From NCBI GenBank assembly GCA_047967505.1, contig CM106538.1: 64,000 nt of DNA; one strand, written 5' to 3'. This stretch comes from Dipteris shenzhenensis. Its lineage: Eukaryota. Shown piece after piece: positions 52,080 through 64,000 of this stretch (the stretch's first letter is position 1; every line of letters begins with the position of its first letter). The translations under genes were made by a program, and so were the position numbers. The notes under the pieces are model-generated. The model was not told where the DNA came from and ran no database searches. It saw nothing but the letters and a program-made list of their open reading frames with translations.

Positions 52080-55000
52080 ATGGCTTCCAGTTTTGGTTCT
52101 AAGATGTCTTTCAAATACCTTGAACATGCTTGGTATTTTATGGAGCGCAAATCAAAGTATTTTTTGGTAATTACTACAGAGAATATATCAAGCGTGAAAT
52201 ATTCTACAGAGGTAGTAAGAAATGGTGGCATGGTCTCAAACATCAACATTAAAGAAAACAATTTGATAGAAGTTGTGTGCAAAGGAAAGAATGACAAGGT
52301 GGTTTACAAGTTAGAGTTACTCACAAGCACTTTTTGAAGCCCTTACCAGATTCAATTGAGGCATCTCAAGAATTACTTAGTGCCTTAGAAGCATTGAAGA
52401 AAATGTGGGATGCATTTTCAAGTGGTGGTGTTGTACCTTTAGCAGTAGTAAGTGCAACAGTAAGTACGCCATCTATAACATATAACCCTCAAGTACCGCC
52501 AATATCTGTGGAGATAACTACGGCAACTCCGGCAAGTGTAACTACAACATCTCCAACTGTACCTACACCATCGACTACTGCAACTACAGGAACAAGAAGG
52601 AGTGATTATGGAGCAGATTCAAGTTCTACAGCTATTCCTAGAAAGAGAGCAAAAATAACTCCTACTCCACGTGCAGATCGTTCAAGTGCAGGTTATTTAA
52701 AACCAGGCAAAAAATTGGATAACGATGAAGAGGAGGATCCGCAAGAAGAAGATACAAGTCTCGAAGACTTTTCTATAAGACTTGTGGCAGACTTACATCC
52801 TCCAGAGGATGAGGGATACATTTGGGGATTTTCACAATTCAGCATGGCCACAATGGTTATTGATCGAGCTTCGTTGTTCACAAATCAAAGAAAGCTAGAT
52901 AAGACATTTGCATGCAAATTGTATGAAGATACGAGGAAAACAAGAACTCCAGTTGCCACTAATATCACTCTTCGTCCTATGGCATTTAAGAGACTTCAAG
53001 AAGATGATCCTACATTGCCTGATGTCACATTTCAAAAGCGCGTGGACTTTCTTGATGCTTTTGAGAACTTTAGAAGGAGTGACTTTGTTCATGGAGAGGC
53101 TTTATACCAAAGCCGATATGGGACTGACATCGAGAAGAGATAAATGCTGGCAAAGAATAGATTCTTGGAAAGATACAAGTTTGAGCCCATTGATGGGCAA
53201 CACTTTTGTGAAGCTTGCAGGATCGCCCTTGATGAGGGAAGAAAAGGAAACTTGCCACAGATTGAGTGGATGGAAAAGTTTCAACAAGTCATTTGTCATA
53301 TATGCATATTTAACGATGACTCGAAGTATATTCTAGAATCAGAAAGGCTGAATTCTACTCCATTTAGGTTGAAAAAATGCTCTTCTCTTTCTGAGATCTT
53401 GATAAAGGCAAGGGAGTTATGGATGGGCTATGGAAAGCCACAAATAGTGAAGGGCAGGAGACCTACATCTGAGTACATGGCAAAGAGGACTCGGTTCTAT
53501 AGATGCTTGAAAGGTGTTGTAAGCAATACGCAAGGCATACCAAGTAATAAGGTTGAGGCAAAGGATTTGAACACCACCGTTGTAAGATACAGGGATGTTA
53601 CTTGCATTGTCTTTCACAAGGACTCAGTGTTTCAGAGCATCGTGGATGTTTGCCAAGAATATGAAACAGGGAAGATATCCTTTGAGGCACTAGAGCATAT
53701 TGCAACTCAAAGGAAAGAAATAAAGAAACCGATGTCTATTGTTTGGTGGAGAGCATTAAGGTTTGTTCCAGAGATGCAATAACAGAAGAAGTATGCAAGA
53801 AGATCCTAAGTGGTGACTGCTTCTTTGGAAAGAAGAGCAAGCATAGCAACTTGGATGAAGTGGTCACCCGAATGATTCAAAGTGAGGCTGCTCTCTCGGT
53901 ACTATTATTTTTATTGAAATCTGACGATGAGTTAGCTGGCAAGTCAATTGATGTGGATAAGAAGAAAGCACTTAGCCTAGGTCAACTTCTTGATAAGACG
54001 GGCTAGAAAGTGGTTGGCTTCAATGGATGCAGATGCCACACCAACAAAGGATCTAAGAGCTAAAATGCCAAAGGTTGTTGAGACAGAATATATGGACATC
54101 AAGAAAAAGGCCTTGCAGTCCACTACCCAAGGTAGAGCAATTGGTGGTTTAGATGATGGTTCTCCATTCAGCTTCTCCTATGATATCCTGCTATCAGAGA
54201 ATAATACAAAATTTGCACACATCAATGGCATTGATACAGAGCATTTCATAACAATGAGCGGTCATGCTTGGGAGAAGACATGCATATTTTTCATAGATGA
54301 ATTGCAAGACCTTGCAGTGTCACGGATAGTTGAACTTGTGCGGTTTATCGTAGAAGGTCCTACGGCAGATAAGAAAAGATCAACATTGGTCCTGTTCATG
54401 ACAGAATCACAAAGGGATGCCTTGTATGCGAGTTTGACATCTGCATTTGGGTATTTACTTTCAAAAGTATACCATGGTATAGTCCTACATAATCATATGA
54501 CTGTCTTGGAAGGCACTGCCATTCAAGTCTTGCAGCCTTTCTTGATGTGCTTCTTATCTAGGGGTGGTGGCAATCTAATCCAAATTCCTTTAAGGACTCT
54601 CGAGCTTCATTACTTTGAGGACAATAAGGTTAAGCTTGATGCAGCAATGGTGGATTACAGAAAGCCGATGGATCCTGATGTGATACTAGAGATGACAAAG
54701 AATTTATTGAATTATGGGTGGGAAGTAGCATTGTATCGAATGGGTTTTGCTACTGAGAAATTGCTACGCCAAGGTAGAAATGTAAATGTCATTGATACCC
54801 CCCATCAAATTGAGTTCTTTGACACATATTACAGTTGCACTACCTTCTTTGAAGAGGAAAATGTCAAAGAAGAGGGTAGTGAGTCTGAGGGTGATGATTC
54901 TATCTCAAGTGATGATGAGGATGAAAGCTCTGCATCCGATGACTTACAGTAAGAAGAAATCCGCACAAAGAATAAGGGTGATCAATTGTCAACTAGAGTC

Positions 55001-55478
55001 AAGGAGGTTCCACTCATCATACGGAAAGGCTCACGGTAGCAAGAAGTTTCAGTGGTATAGCATGTCATAGGAAAAGGTAAGGCTAAAGAGGTGGAAGCAC
55101 TTCCCTTGAAATTAAAAGTGAGGAAGGCACCCTTGATCTTGGGTGAAGGACAGGCAAGTGGATCAAGCAAGGAAGCCTTACTCAAAGAAGGTATGGACGA
55201 GGCAAAGCATGACCAGGAGGAGTTACCAGGAGGCATAGATGGTTCTTCAACCATGACCTTACAGACTCTAGAGCAGCCTACTAGTCAGGAACCTAGTAGC
55301 CAGTCCCTACTCACCAAGAACTTGGTCATGAGACTCTAGAGCAGCCTACTAATCAGGTGCTTGGAACTGAAGAGCAAACTACTGAGGACCTTGCTATTGA
55401 GACTCCAGTCTTAGAGCAGCCTATTAGTCAGGACCTTGGTAGTCAAGGGCCTAGCATTGAGGACATTGGTACTGAGTA
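52080..55478 (+). pseudogene. Transposon cargo gene: S/T/P-rich N-terminus with basic NLS-like motif, ParB/DndB (DGQHR-like) domain, possible DNA-MTase-like C-terminal domain, acidic tail
   Basis: Consecutive ORFs 52080-52337, 52334-53143, 53144-53782, 53743-54006 and 53990-54952 linked by single stops or frameshifts; motifs RKRAK, NQRKLD, ITLRP, FEPIDGQHFCEACR, SERLN, KNLLNYGWEV...MG...GRNVNVID; AG acceptor at 52072-52073; AATAAA at ~55539. Confidence 0.7.
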
Positions 55479-56146
55479 ACATGATGGCTGACGGCTTTGT
55501 AATCACAAGTTTTGAACTTCTATGTAAAGCGAATATCTAATAAAAATTTTACTACTTTTTTTATTTCTTTACTCTCATTATTGTGTATAAAGATTTTTTA
55601 TGAGGGCCATTTTATACTTAATGGTGTATTTTAAACTTTATGTCAGATGTATTTTTATACATAAGGGTGTTTTTTAATACCAAGTGTGGTGTATATGTAC
55701 ACCACTTACACATAAAAGGATTTATCTACACTACCTTTCTAAGGGCTTTATGTACACCACCTTTCTAAAAGAAATGGTCATAAAGGTGTGTGCACACCAG
55801 TTATACATAAAGGTATTTATTTACACCACCTTTCTAAGAGAATTGGTCATCTATTGATGTTCTTAGGTGATAGTAGCTCAATTCACAAGAAGTTATGAAG
55901 ATGTTTATGTAGACCACTTTGTAAGAGATTTTTGTGAAGTTATGAAGATGTTTATGTAGACCACCTTTGTAAGAGATTTGGTTATGCATTAATATTCTTA
56001 GTACTTAATCATCAATCTTTTGTTTTGAGTTGGCAAATCTAGTTCAAAAAACAACATTACTAGTATATTCAAAATTTTTGGACTATTTTTTAGTCCATTT
56101 CTCAAATTGGACTTTACACAAGTCCAAAAATTTTGAATAGTGTGTT

Positions 56147-56667
56147 ATAGTCTCTCCTACTGTTGCGAGTTGATTGTTGTAGTCTTTGATCCTGAGTATA
56201 TAAGCATGACCGGTTTCGCTGCTGTTGCAGAAACTCTGGTTGATTTGGTTTCTTAGTGTGAGAATATTCTTGGAAGTGTTCTTGGGCTCGTAGAGAGCTG
56301 CAAACATATCCCATGCTTCTTTGGATGTCTTGATGGTGTTGAGCTGTCCTAGCATGACATCTTGCACATTCTGCTTAATTAGATGATATGCGTACTTATC
56401 TTTCTTATCCCATTCTGCCTATGCTGGGCCAATGGCAAGATCTGCTATAGGTGTGGAAACTGTTTGTGTAGCTGGAGATCCTGCTATAGATCCAGCTGCT
56501 GGTGCTGTGACAACAGGTGGAGTAGAGCTACTGCTGGCTGGATCATCCAATGGTCTAGGTGTAGATCTATCGACATACTCCCATTTGTCCTGAAGTACAA
56601 GAATGGTATCCATTCGATATTTCCATGTGTCATAATTGGAGTTGTCTAGCTTAGCAGATCCCTCCAT
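56147..56667 (-). pseudogene. gag: N-terminal part of the split Copia gag
   Basis: KLDNSNYDTWKYRMDTIL...KWEYV and TSKEAWDMF...YILRIKDYNNQLATVGET. Confidence 0.88.
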
Positions 56668-57809
56668 ATTGAGGTTGCTAGTCGTAGATATGGTGCAAGA
56701 AATGTACTCAAAGTGTCGTGAAAATCACTGTCTGAATCAACTGCAAAACACTGACTATGGCAAGTGAAATCTGAACAGTGGGTGAGGGTAGAACTACAAT
56801 ATATAATCCAATCTGAATTACAAGGCTTGTGGCAAATGATGTCGGGAATAGCCAAGAGGTTTACAAGGCTGAAGTGATTTGCACAATGCCATGAAATAGC
56901 CAAATAGGCTTTACAATGATGGCATGTGTGTGTGAAATCAAATCATGTGCTATCTGCCCATTGAACAATTGGCAATGCCTCTGAACACTTTGAAGTCTGC
57001 TCACTAAACTGATGAACGTCCGATTTCAGGTAATGTGATGATGTGAAACCGTATGTGAGCATAGAAATTGACTCTGAGTAGGTACTAGTCGGGAATTTTG
57101 GGCATGGCTTAGATTGGCAACTTGGGAAAATTCAAAGCATCCCCTCTATGGCAATCTAGTCTAGTCTGATCTAGATCTATACCAACCGTCAATCGATGAA
57201 ATTACAACAAATAATTTCTTTTCTTTGCTTCGTTTTATGTGTTGGGTCAGATGCGTCGATGTAGAGGCTGATGTGCATGCAGGAAGTGGATTTGTCCGAC
57301 GAAGCTCAAAAGTGAGTGATACATGTGTTGAAATGTGTCTGATGTGACAAGCACATAGAGTACAAAAAATCGATCGATTTTCCTTTCTGGAGTGCCGTCA
57401 AATGTAGTAGGCGGTCGTTCGGACTTGTAGCTGCAAGGCTTGTAGTAGGAGGTCGTTGCGGCTCAAAGTTACATGAGCTAGTGGCCAGAGCTCGGAGTGG
57501 GTGTTTACCACTGCATAGGAGTCAAGGCTGAAGCTCGTGAGGCTTTGCTTGGAGCCTTAGATAGAAGGTTGAGTGTTGGAGCTAGCTGACTAAGTCGTTA
57601 TAGAGCCACCTTGAGCTTTGGAGCTATTGTCTACAAAGGTTGTGTTGCAGGAGATGGCTGAGTCGAGCTTTGGAGCTACAGCTCTGCAGTGCGTTTCTTG
57701 CTTTGTTGCTGTTCAATGGAAGGCTGGCCTGTGCTTAGTTGTAGAGCTATGGAGGCCCAAGAAATAATCTTCTCTCACTATCTTTTTCTCACAAGAAGAA
57801 TGGGGATGG

Positions 57810-57873
<64 letters not shown>

Positions 57874-58163
57874 ATGAATCGAATCCCTCTTAGAACATAG
57901 TTGGAAGCCCTTTTTTTCCAGGCTTCGCTCGAACGCTCAAAAGATTTCGATCGAAAAATGGTCATCCCCTTGGTAAATATGTTTGCCCAAATATAGTGGA
58001 TGAAAGTATTAAAACGGTTGAAACACCATTGTACAAGCAAGAAGGTTTCTCGATCTCACAGCTGTGGCTTCCACATTTCTAGCTTAGAATGAATGCATAA
58101 TGAAATAGCAACACCACAAATGGGCGCTTCACAAAGGAAAGTATGGCTCTAGAATAAGAGATT

Positions 58164-58314
58164 GACCCATTCACAGACACACTAGTGCATGGGTATGTTG
58201 ATACAACTAAGATTTTCGATGCAATCTCAACCATCATAGCAAGGACCCATTCATAGACACACTAGTGCATGGGTATAACTTAGATTTTTGATGCAATCTC
58301 AACCATCATAGCAA
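58164..58314 (+). repeat. ~75-bp tandem duplication
   Basis: GACCCATTCA.AGACACACTAGTGCATGGGTAT...GATGCAATCTCAACCATCATAGCAA occurs twice. Confidence 0.85.
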
Positions 58315-58699
58315 TCACTTCAAGTAAAAACCAAAATCCAATGGGTATATATAAAGACATACATTGCGAAGGAGCTAAACTGTCCAACCTATTTTTCGGT
58401 CAGCTAAGGTATGAGCATATGCTCAATATCCTCTGTTACCAAAAATTTGCTCAGTGGGAGAGATCTTGCACAAGGACCGTTACTTTGCAACACACATACA
58501 AATCCTTTTCTTCAAAGTAGTAAAGATATTAATACACTTCGCTGCCAGTTTGGTATAGATTCATATGCGAAAGACATAGCTAAATGGTAGGGTTACAACT
58601 GCTAAGGATGTCAAAAACAAACCCAACTTAGATGCACTCTTGCAATCAGATATTGGTTACCAAGAACGTGAAATCATCCAAACATCTCTGTACTACTTG

Positions 58700-59385
58700 T
58701 AGCGCCATTGAAAAAGGCTATTTGCAATGGTTTGCCAACTAGGCCCACTAACATTCTTCATGACGTTTATAAGTGGGGACAACATTGTTGGACGAAATGA
58801 GAGAGTTGTGGCCTACTGAGTGCAACACTGATAAAAACGACCTTCCAATGCACCAACTGGTCCATGATGACCCCATCATTTACGCATGGTAGTATGATTA
58901 GTGCATAAAAGCCTGGAGAAATCTTTTAAAGATTGCTTCATAGTTCTTCGAGAAGATCATGGATTTCTACTTTGCGACCGAATTTCAAAACCGTGGTAGC
59001 GAGCATAATCATGCCCTACTTTGGGTGGAGGATCCTCCTATTTTTGATGGTAAATCAAGTGAGTCGGTAGCATGCTTTGTAGATCAATACATGTCATGTG
59101 ATCTGGCATTGCTTCTCGAGTCATTGCAAGCAGCACAATTCCATAGACATACGAGCGCATGCCAAAAAAAGAGAAGGGACTTGACAATTACCAATACCTA
59201 CATCCATCAACATGATTAATCTCCACTGAAGAGCAAATGTTGCTCCCAAGTATGATGACTATTAAATGTAGAACAAAGGCGTGTGTTTGATGACATAATG
59301 TGGAAAAAAAATAGACGAGATGAGCCAATTTACATATTCTTAACTAGAGGAGCTAGAACTGGCAAGACAACACTCACATTTACAA
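58700..59385 (+). mobile_element. Helitron RepHel remnant
   Basis: AMVCQLGPLTFFMTF, Rep motif EFQNRGSEHNHALLW, QFHRHTSAC; after a deletion, Pif1 start LNVEQRRVF...IFLTRGARTGKT (decayed Walker A). Confidence 0.85.
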
Positions 59386-62300
59386 TGACCGGCCTTGAAA
59401 TGATCATGGCGCACTTTTGACTGAATCCAAGGCAAGCACTGTTTATACTTGCAATATACTATATTGAAGCATGCAACCTCCAAAGTTTCCTCGAACAAGT
59501 TGAGAACAAGCTGCACACGTGCTACAATAAAGGCCATCGATCCATCCAACTTTTGCGCCAGGGGATTTCAACATTAATATGCTACAATTTAAGCAATTGC
59601 ATGTACAAAATTTCATGGAAGAAAATCATCTATAATTAGTGAACAAAACCTCTACAATAATTTATGGTTCTCAAATCGACCACATTTGGACAAATGCACC
59701 TGTGACGAGTAGTTTCTTTGCAACAATGCAAGCATACTAAACTAATCATGACCCCATCTACATTGCATACCAATTCCCAGCATGGTTGCCAATGTTCATA
59801 GCAAAATAGTGCCCACTTGCCTTTTAAATTTTAAATTTCCATTTTTGTTTTTTTTTAAAGCATTGATTTTACTAGCCCAGAAACAAAAAACTTGCTTTTA
59901 AATTCTCTAGTCAATTTGCTTAAAACTACAGAACATAATGAATCTTGCTAGCACTCAAACCATTTCTATTTTCCTATTTCTTACTAAACAATTAATAGTA
60001 TCTGGAGACCCGCATAACTCACAAGCTGGAGACAGTGCTTCCGTGCATACATGCACCCTTGTTTTAATATGTAAAGTATTCATACTTATATTAACAACTA
60101 TATCGATGCTTTCTTCTTAAGCTTTGGTAACGCTTATATCAATGCCCATCATTACCATAAAATAAGCATCGTATATTACTGTAAAAAAGGACTATATGGT
60201 AGCAATGTTTGTCTTTGGTAGGACATGCCTTTGGAATTGGAAGCTTAGATTGTTAATTGAAATTTCTAAGTTTTTAGTGTGGCAGTTATCCATCGTATTA
60301 GATTATTTCTCGAGTTCAACACAACCAAAACTTGGCATCCAACACCGTATAATAAATTGAATGCTTAGCCCACTATATTTGCAAGGGCAATTGTGATTTG
60401 AGTTTGTTCCTCATCCTTCTTTCTTTTTTTAGTTTCTTTCTTTTAAAGTTGGGGTTGCATCAAAGTCATGAGGGGGCAATAGAGGTTCAAATAACACACT
60501 AATTTTAAGCTTCTACTTTACTACATATTAATCATGGACACAAGGTTTTCACATGCCATCTTGGAGGACAAGGAAATAGCCACGTGTTAAGTAAAGGTTC
60601 GCCCGAGATAGTTTAAAGACGAGAGACCTTTCAAAATGATTTTTGAAATGTTTCAAATCTATACGGGCTCGAGGGGCTTGAATTTCTCAAGTAGGTGTAG
60701 GTATGCATTCATAGGCTACTCGAGCTAGAGAGTTCCATTGTTTGGAGGAACTAGATTTAGAGGAGATGAGTTTGAAAAGATTGAAGTCGAGGGGTTGAGG
60801 AGGATGGAAAACCTAGCTGAGATTCTACGGTGGGTTTGAGGACGACGAGTTGATGAACATAGGTGCGGGTTGGGTGTAGGTTTTGAGATCAATAGAGGAA
60901 GTAGCGTAGAAATGGAATGATTGGTCGTTCACATGCAAAAAATAGCTAGGAAAGTATTGCCTTAAGAGTATGGGGTTGCAAACGACTGTGGAGTGGCTTG
61001 TGATCACTAGTGTAAACTGCCCTGCATTCTCCATTGCATCCAATTTGCTCTACCCGGAAGCAACTACACCAACCTCCCATCACCAACAACATTTTAGCAA
61101 AGTACTTGGGATGTATAGGCACTAAACCATGAGAAGGAAAGAGGCACTAAACCATGAGAAGGAAAGACGAACGAAGTTGCTACTATTGGACAAAAAGGGA
61201 ACCCATAGCCAGCAATCGGAGAAAGAGCACACACAACTCCTCCTCCCCACCCCGAATGGTAGAAACCTGAAATCTTTCCCATTCTGCATCTATCTTTTCC
61301 TTGCCCAAGAGCCTCTTTGGCTTGAACTCCTCCGTCTTTAATTTTCCCAAGAGTGTGGGTTGTTTCTCAAGTATCATGTATTCATTAGGACCTTGCTCTC
61401 CAAACCATAATACACTCTATCACGATTTGGAAATTGAAGGAAAATCAAACCACCATTGCTACCATCACTCGTGGAGCACTCGCGACGTCATGAAAGATGA
61501 AGCGTTTGAGAGCTCCAAAGGCAGATAGGAAGCATTGCACCTGCTACGATCTACTTGATCAGTTCGGTTTACAAGAGATCATCAGCAATCAATTTATTGC
61601 AAGGGCCTGAGTCAAGATTGAGGAGTCTATCATTTAAATTAAATTGAACGATCGATTCAATCAATGGATCTACAAGCTATACTTAGCAATGTTTATACAA
61701 GAGCCTAAGAGATTGATTATGCTACACACCTGTTCCAAATGCGGACAGAGAGAAAATGGGAGGAGGAAGAAGGGAGGCAAACGAAAGAGAGTCGCAAGCC
61801 AACTCCACCACGGTGGTCAGCCCCATCCCATTTAATCCTGAAGTTAGAATAGAATGTTTGTTCGAATCCCGTGTTCAAATCCGTTCCGCTTTTACTAAGA
61901 AAGTATCATGTATTGCAAGTTTGAAAACTTCATTTGTGGACTTGCATGTTTCAAACTCGAAACCATCCAAGCAAGTGAGCAAGGTCTGGATGTGTGACGC
62001 TTTCATGAATTGCAAGCTATGCATTTGGATCCGGATTGTTGGGAAGTTGTCTACTATGCACTACAATGGAGATGTTATTGCTAAAACAATCAAAGCTAAT
62101 TGCAGATTCTAGTCATGGCAATATAACTTGCGTGATACTTTGAAACAATCAATTTCTGGCCGATCTTGAGACTCTGTCACAGCCTTAAAATCACGAGTCT
62201 CTGCAAAATGAAGCCACTTACTAAACTTCTTTTTTGCAACAGTCCCATGAATTTTGCACCCCAACCTTGCCAAATCACCATCTTGCATCCTGCCACAAAC

Positions 62301-62766
62301 ATAGGATTGCCGTAGCCCAACCGCAAAAAAGTCAAACAATCTGATTTGTGTGCTTGAGGAGACATTGAACCTTTGCCACTGATAGAGCGATGCAACAAGT
62401 GATGTATCATGATTCATAGAATGCAAAACCGATGGAGAGGTCGAGGTGCCGGCTCAGCCTTCTTTGTGTTGGTTCTAAATTGTAGTCGAGTTGCTGCAGA
62501 GCGTTGGCTTCCAAATCGAAGGGAGATCGAAGGGGTCATGGTGGATTCAGATCGGTGGCAAGCATATGGGTAGAAAGATCAATGCTCTTTGGAGTTAGAA
62601 GGGCATGATATGTGCCGGATTTAGGTTCAGACCTTCAAGTTCGAACTTCGAATAGTAGGTAGTGTGTTTTACGCAAGGATCCTCGCAAAACCTACTTGGT
62701 ACACTAGAGGCAAAGCCCAATATAAAGGTTTGATACTTTGTTCATGAAAGGTGAAATTTTTTAAAT

Positions 62767-62930
62767 GATGTTATGGTGGCCTTAAGAGTGCACATGCCCA
62801 AGGGTACACATGGGGGACATTATCACATCTTTAGAGAATGCTAGAGAATGTTATGGTGGCTTTAAGAGTGCAAATGCCCAAGGCTAGAGAGGGGGGGCAT
62901 TTTACATCTTTAAAGAATGCTAGAGAATGT
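62767..62930 (+). repeat. ~80-bp tandem duplication
   Basis: ATGTTATGGTGGCYTTAAGAGTGCA.ATGCCCAAGG...ACATCTTTA.AGAATGCTAGAGA occurs twice. Confidence 0.8.
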
Positions 62931-63635
62931 TTGATTTTAAAGAATGCTCTAGAATGTTTGAGCAAAACGTCTAGCTTTTTCCACAAACATATCCACTCTA
63001 AGAGGCTCAATACACATATGGTAGTAGAGATGTGGGCAAAGGAGACCTTCAAGTTCCAATTTCATTAGGGGGATCGATGTTTGAGGCAAAAACATACATC
63101 AACGCAACTCTAGAAGTATCAATCGTGAGCAAAAATTGTGAGCAACAACACATGTATCATGTATCATGTTTTGCTACAACAATGCATGAGTTGCCTATTA
63201 TAAAGTATCGTATTTTTAAAAAATAATAGAATATGGGCTTTAATAATAAGGTAATTTCTTTTACATACAAATGTCGTTCACATTCCACAGTAATGCGCGG
63301 GTTATACTTGCTCGAGCCGTTCTTGTGTGATGGGCAACCCCATTGCCATTTCCAAGAATGAGTGAGAGCTCAAGAGAGATTTGGCTATTGAGAGGTGGAG
63401 ATTCTGAGTCCCATCAACAGTGGGGTTTGACGGATCCTTTTTCCTAGCTGTCGATCTCGGGTAGCTTTCATAATAGAAAACATGCTTCGGTCTTTGAACG
63501 GCTCAATTCCAAGCACTCTACAAATCCATCGCGATACACTTAATCTTAGCTATTGATTTCTTTCCCATCGAGATACCCCACATTACAATGGGACACCCCA
63601 CATTAAATGCACGAACCGTTGCCATTAGATTTAAA

Positions 63636-63685
63636 GAAGATCTAACGGCCCACGAACATCGCTGTTTGTAGGCCGTTAGATCTTC
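63636..63685. other. 23-bp-arm hairpin containing MSA-like TCTAACGGCC motifs
   Basis: GAAGATCTAACGGCCCACGAACA-TCGC-TGTTTGTAGGCCGTTAGATCTTC. Confidence 0.75.
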
Positions 63686-64000
63686 CATAGATCTAACGCC
63701 TCAACGATGCCGCCAACCTCCCATGCACCTACACGTCGCCACATAACCCATCGACATTGAACACATGGCATTCCGTCGCCATCCGATTTTTGCCATGTCT
63801 CCCCTTGCCATCGGTGGTCAAAAATCAGCAGCGATCGGTGTTCACAGGTCAAAAACTAGTGAAATCAGCTCCAAGCTCCCAGCTTCAAGTTTCCTCCCTT
63901 GAAAACACGTCCCCAAGCGGATTCCCTAAAGTGACTGGTCCCAAAGTGACTCGGGGCGAGTCAGGAGGGAAGGAAGGGGGGGTTCCCTAAGATGTCGTAT

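Larger units (their letters stand above)
43208..56146 (+). mobile_element. Complete 12.9-kb Sola-like DNA transposon with cargo genes
   Basis: Perfect 27-bp TIRs AACACACTATTCAAAATTTTTGGACTT (43208-43234 and 56120-56146); 4-bp TSD ATAG (43204-43207 and 56147-56150); excision restores gag frame GETMNPVEM; DDD transposase inside. Confidence 0.92.

Noticed and set aside
43212-56142. CACTA...TAGTG termini suggesting an En/Spm element
   Set aside because: The inverted repeat extends 4 bp further out, there is no 3-bp TSD at the CACTA boundary, the 4-bp ATAG TSD restores the host gag frame, and the transposase is not TnpD-like.
60800-62450. Minus-strand decayed coding-like region, possibly an L1 ORF1
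   Set aside because: Too degraded to assign by eye; no diagnostic motif.

Overview
Land-plant nuclear DNA that is almost entirely nested transposable elements. A fern or other non-seed plant is plausible from the TE repertoire and large introns, but that is inference. The only host gene I can support is the last three coding exons of an organellar methionyl-tRNA synthetase (OVA1-like, + strand, 8964-28217). Its introns hold two inverted gag-only LTR elements, RTE-like and L1 LINE pieces, a hAT fragment and chromoviral Gypsy remnants. Downstream are LINE and Copia debris and a Helitron remnant. The most notable element is a complete 12.9-kb DNA transposon (43208-56146) with 27-bp perfect TIRs and a 4-bp ATAG TSD, inserted into a Copia gag. 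It carries a decayed Sola-type DDD transposase, a small antisense Tnp1/En-Spm-like gene, and a large decayed cargo gene. That gene has a ParB/DndB (DGQHR-like) domain and a possible DNA-methyltransferase-like C-terminus. It is preceded by about 12 copies of a 16-bp palindrome (TGTTGCGYRCGCAACA) shaped like bacterial parS. All family assignments come from motif recognition by eye and need HMM or structure searches.
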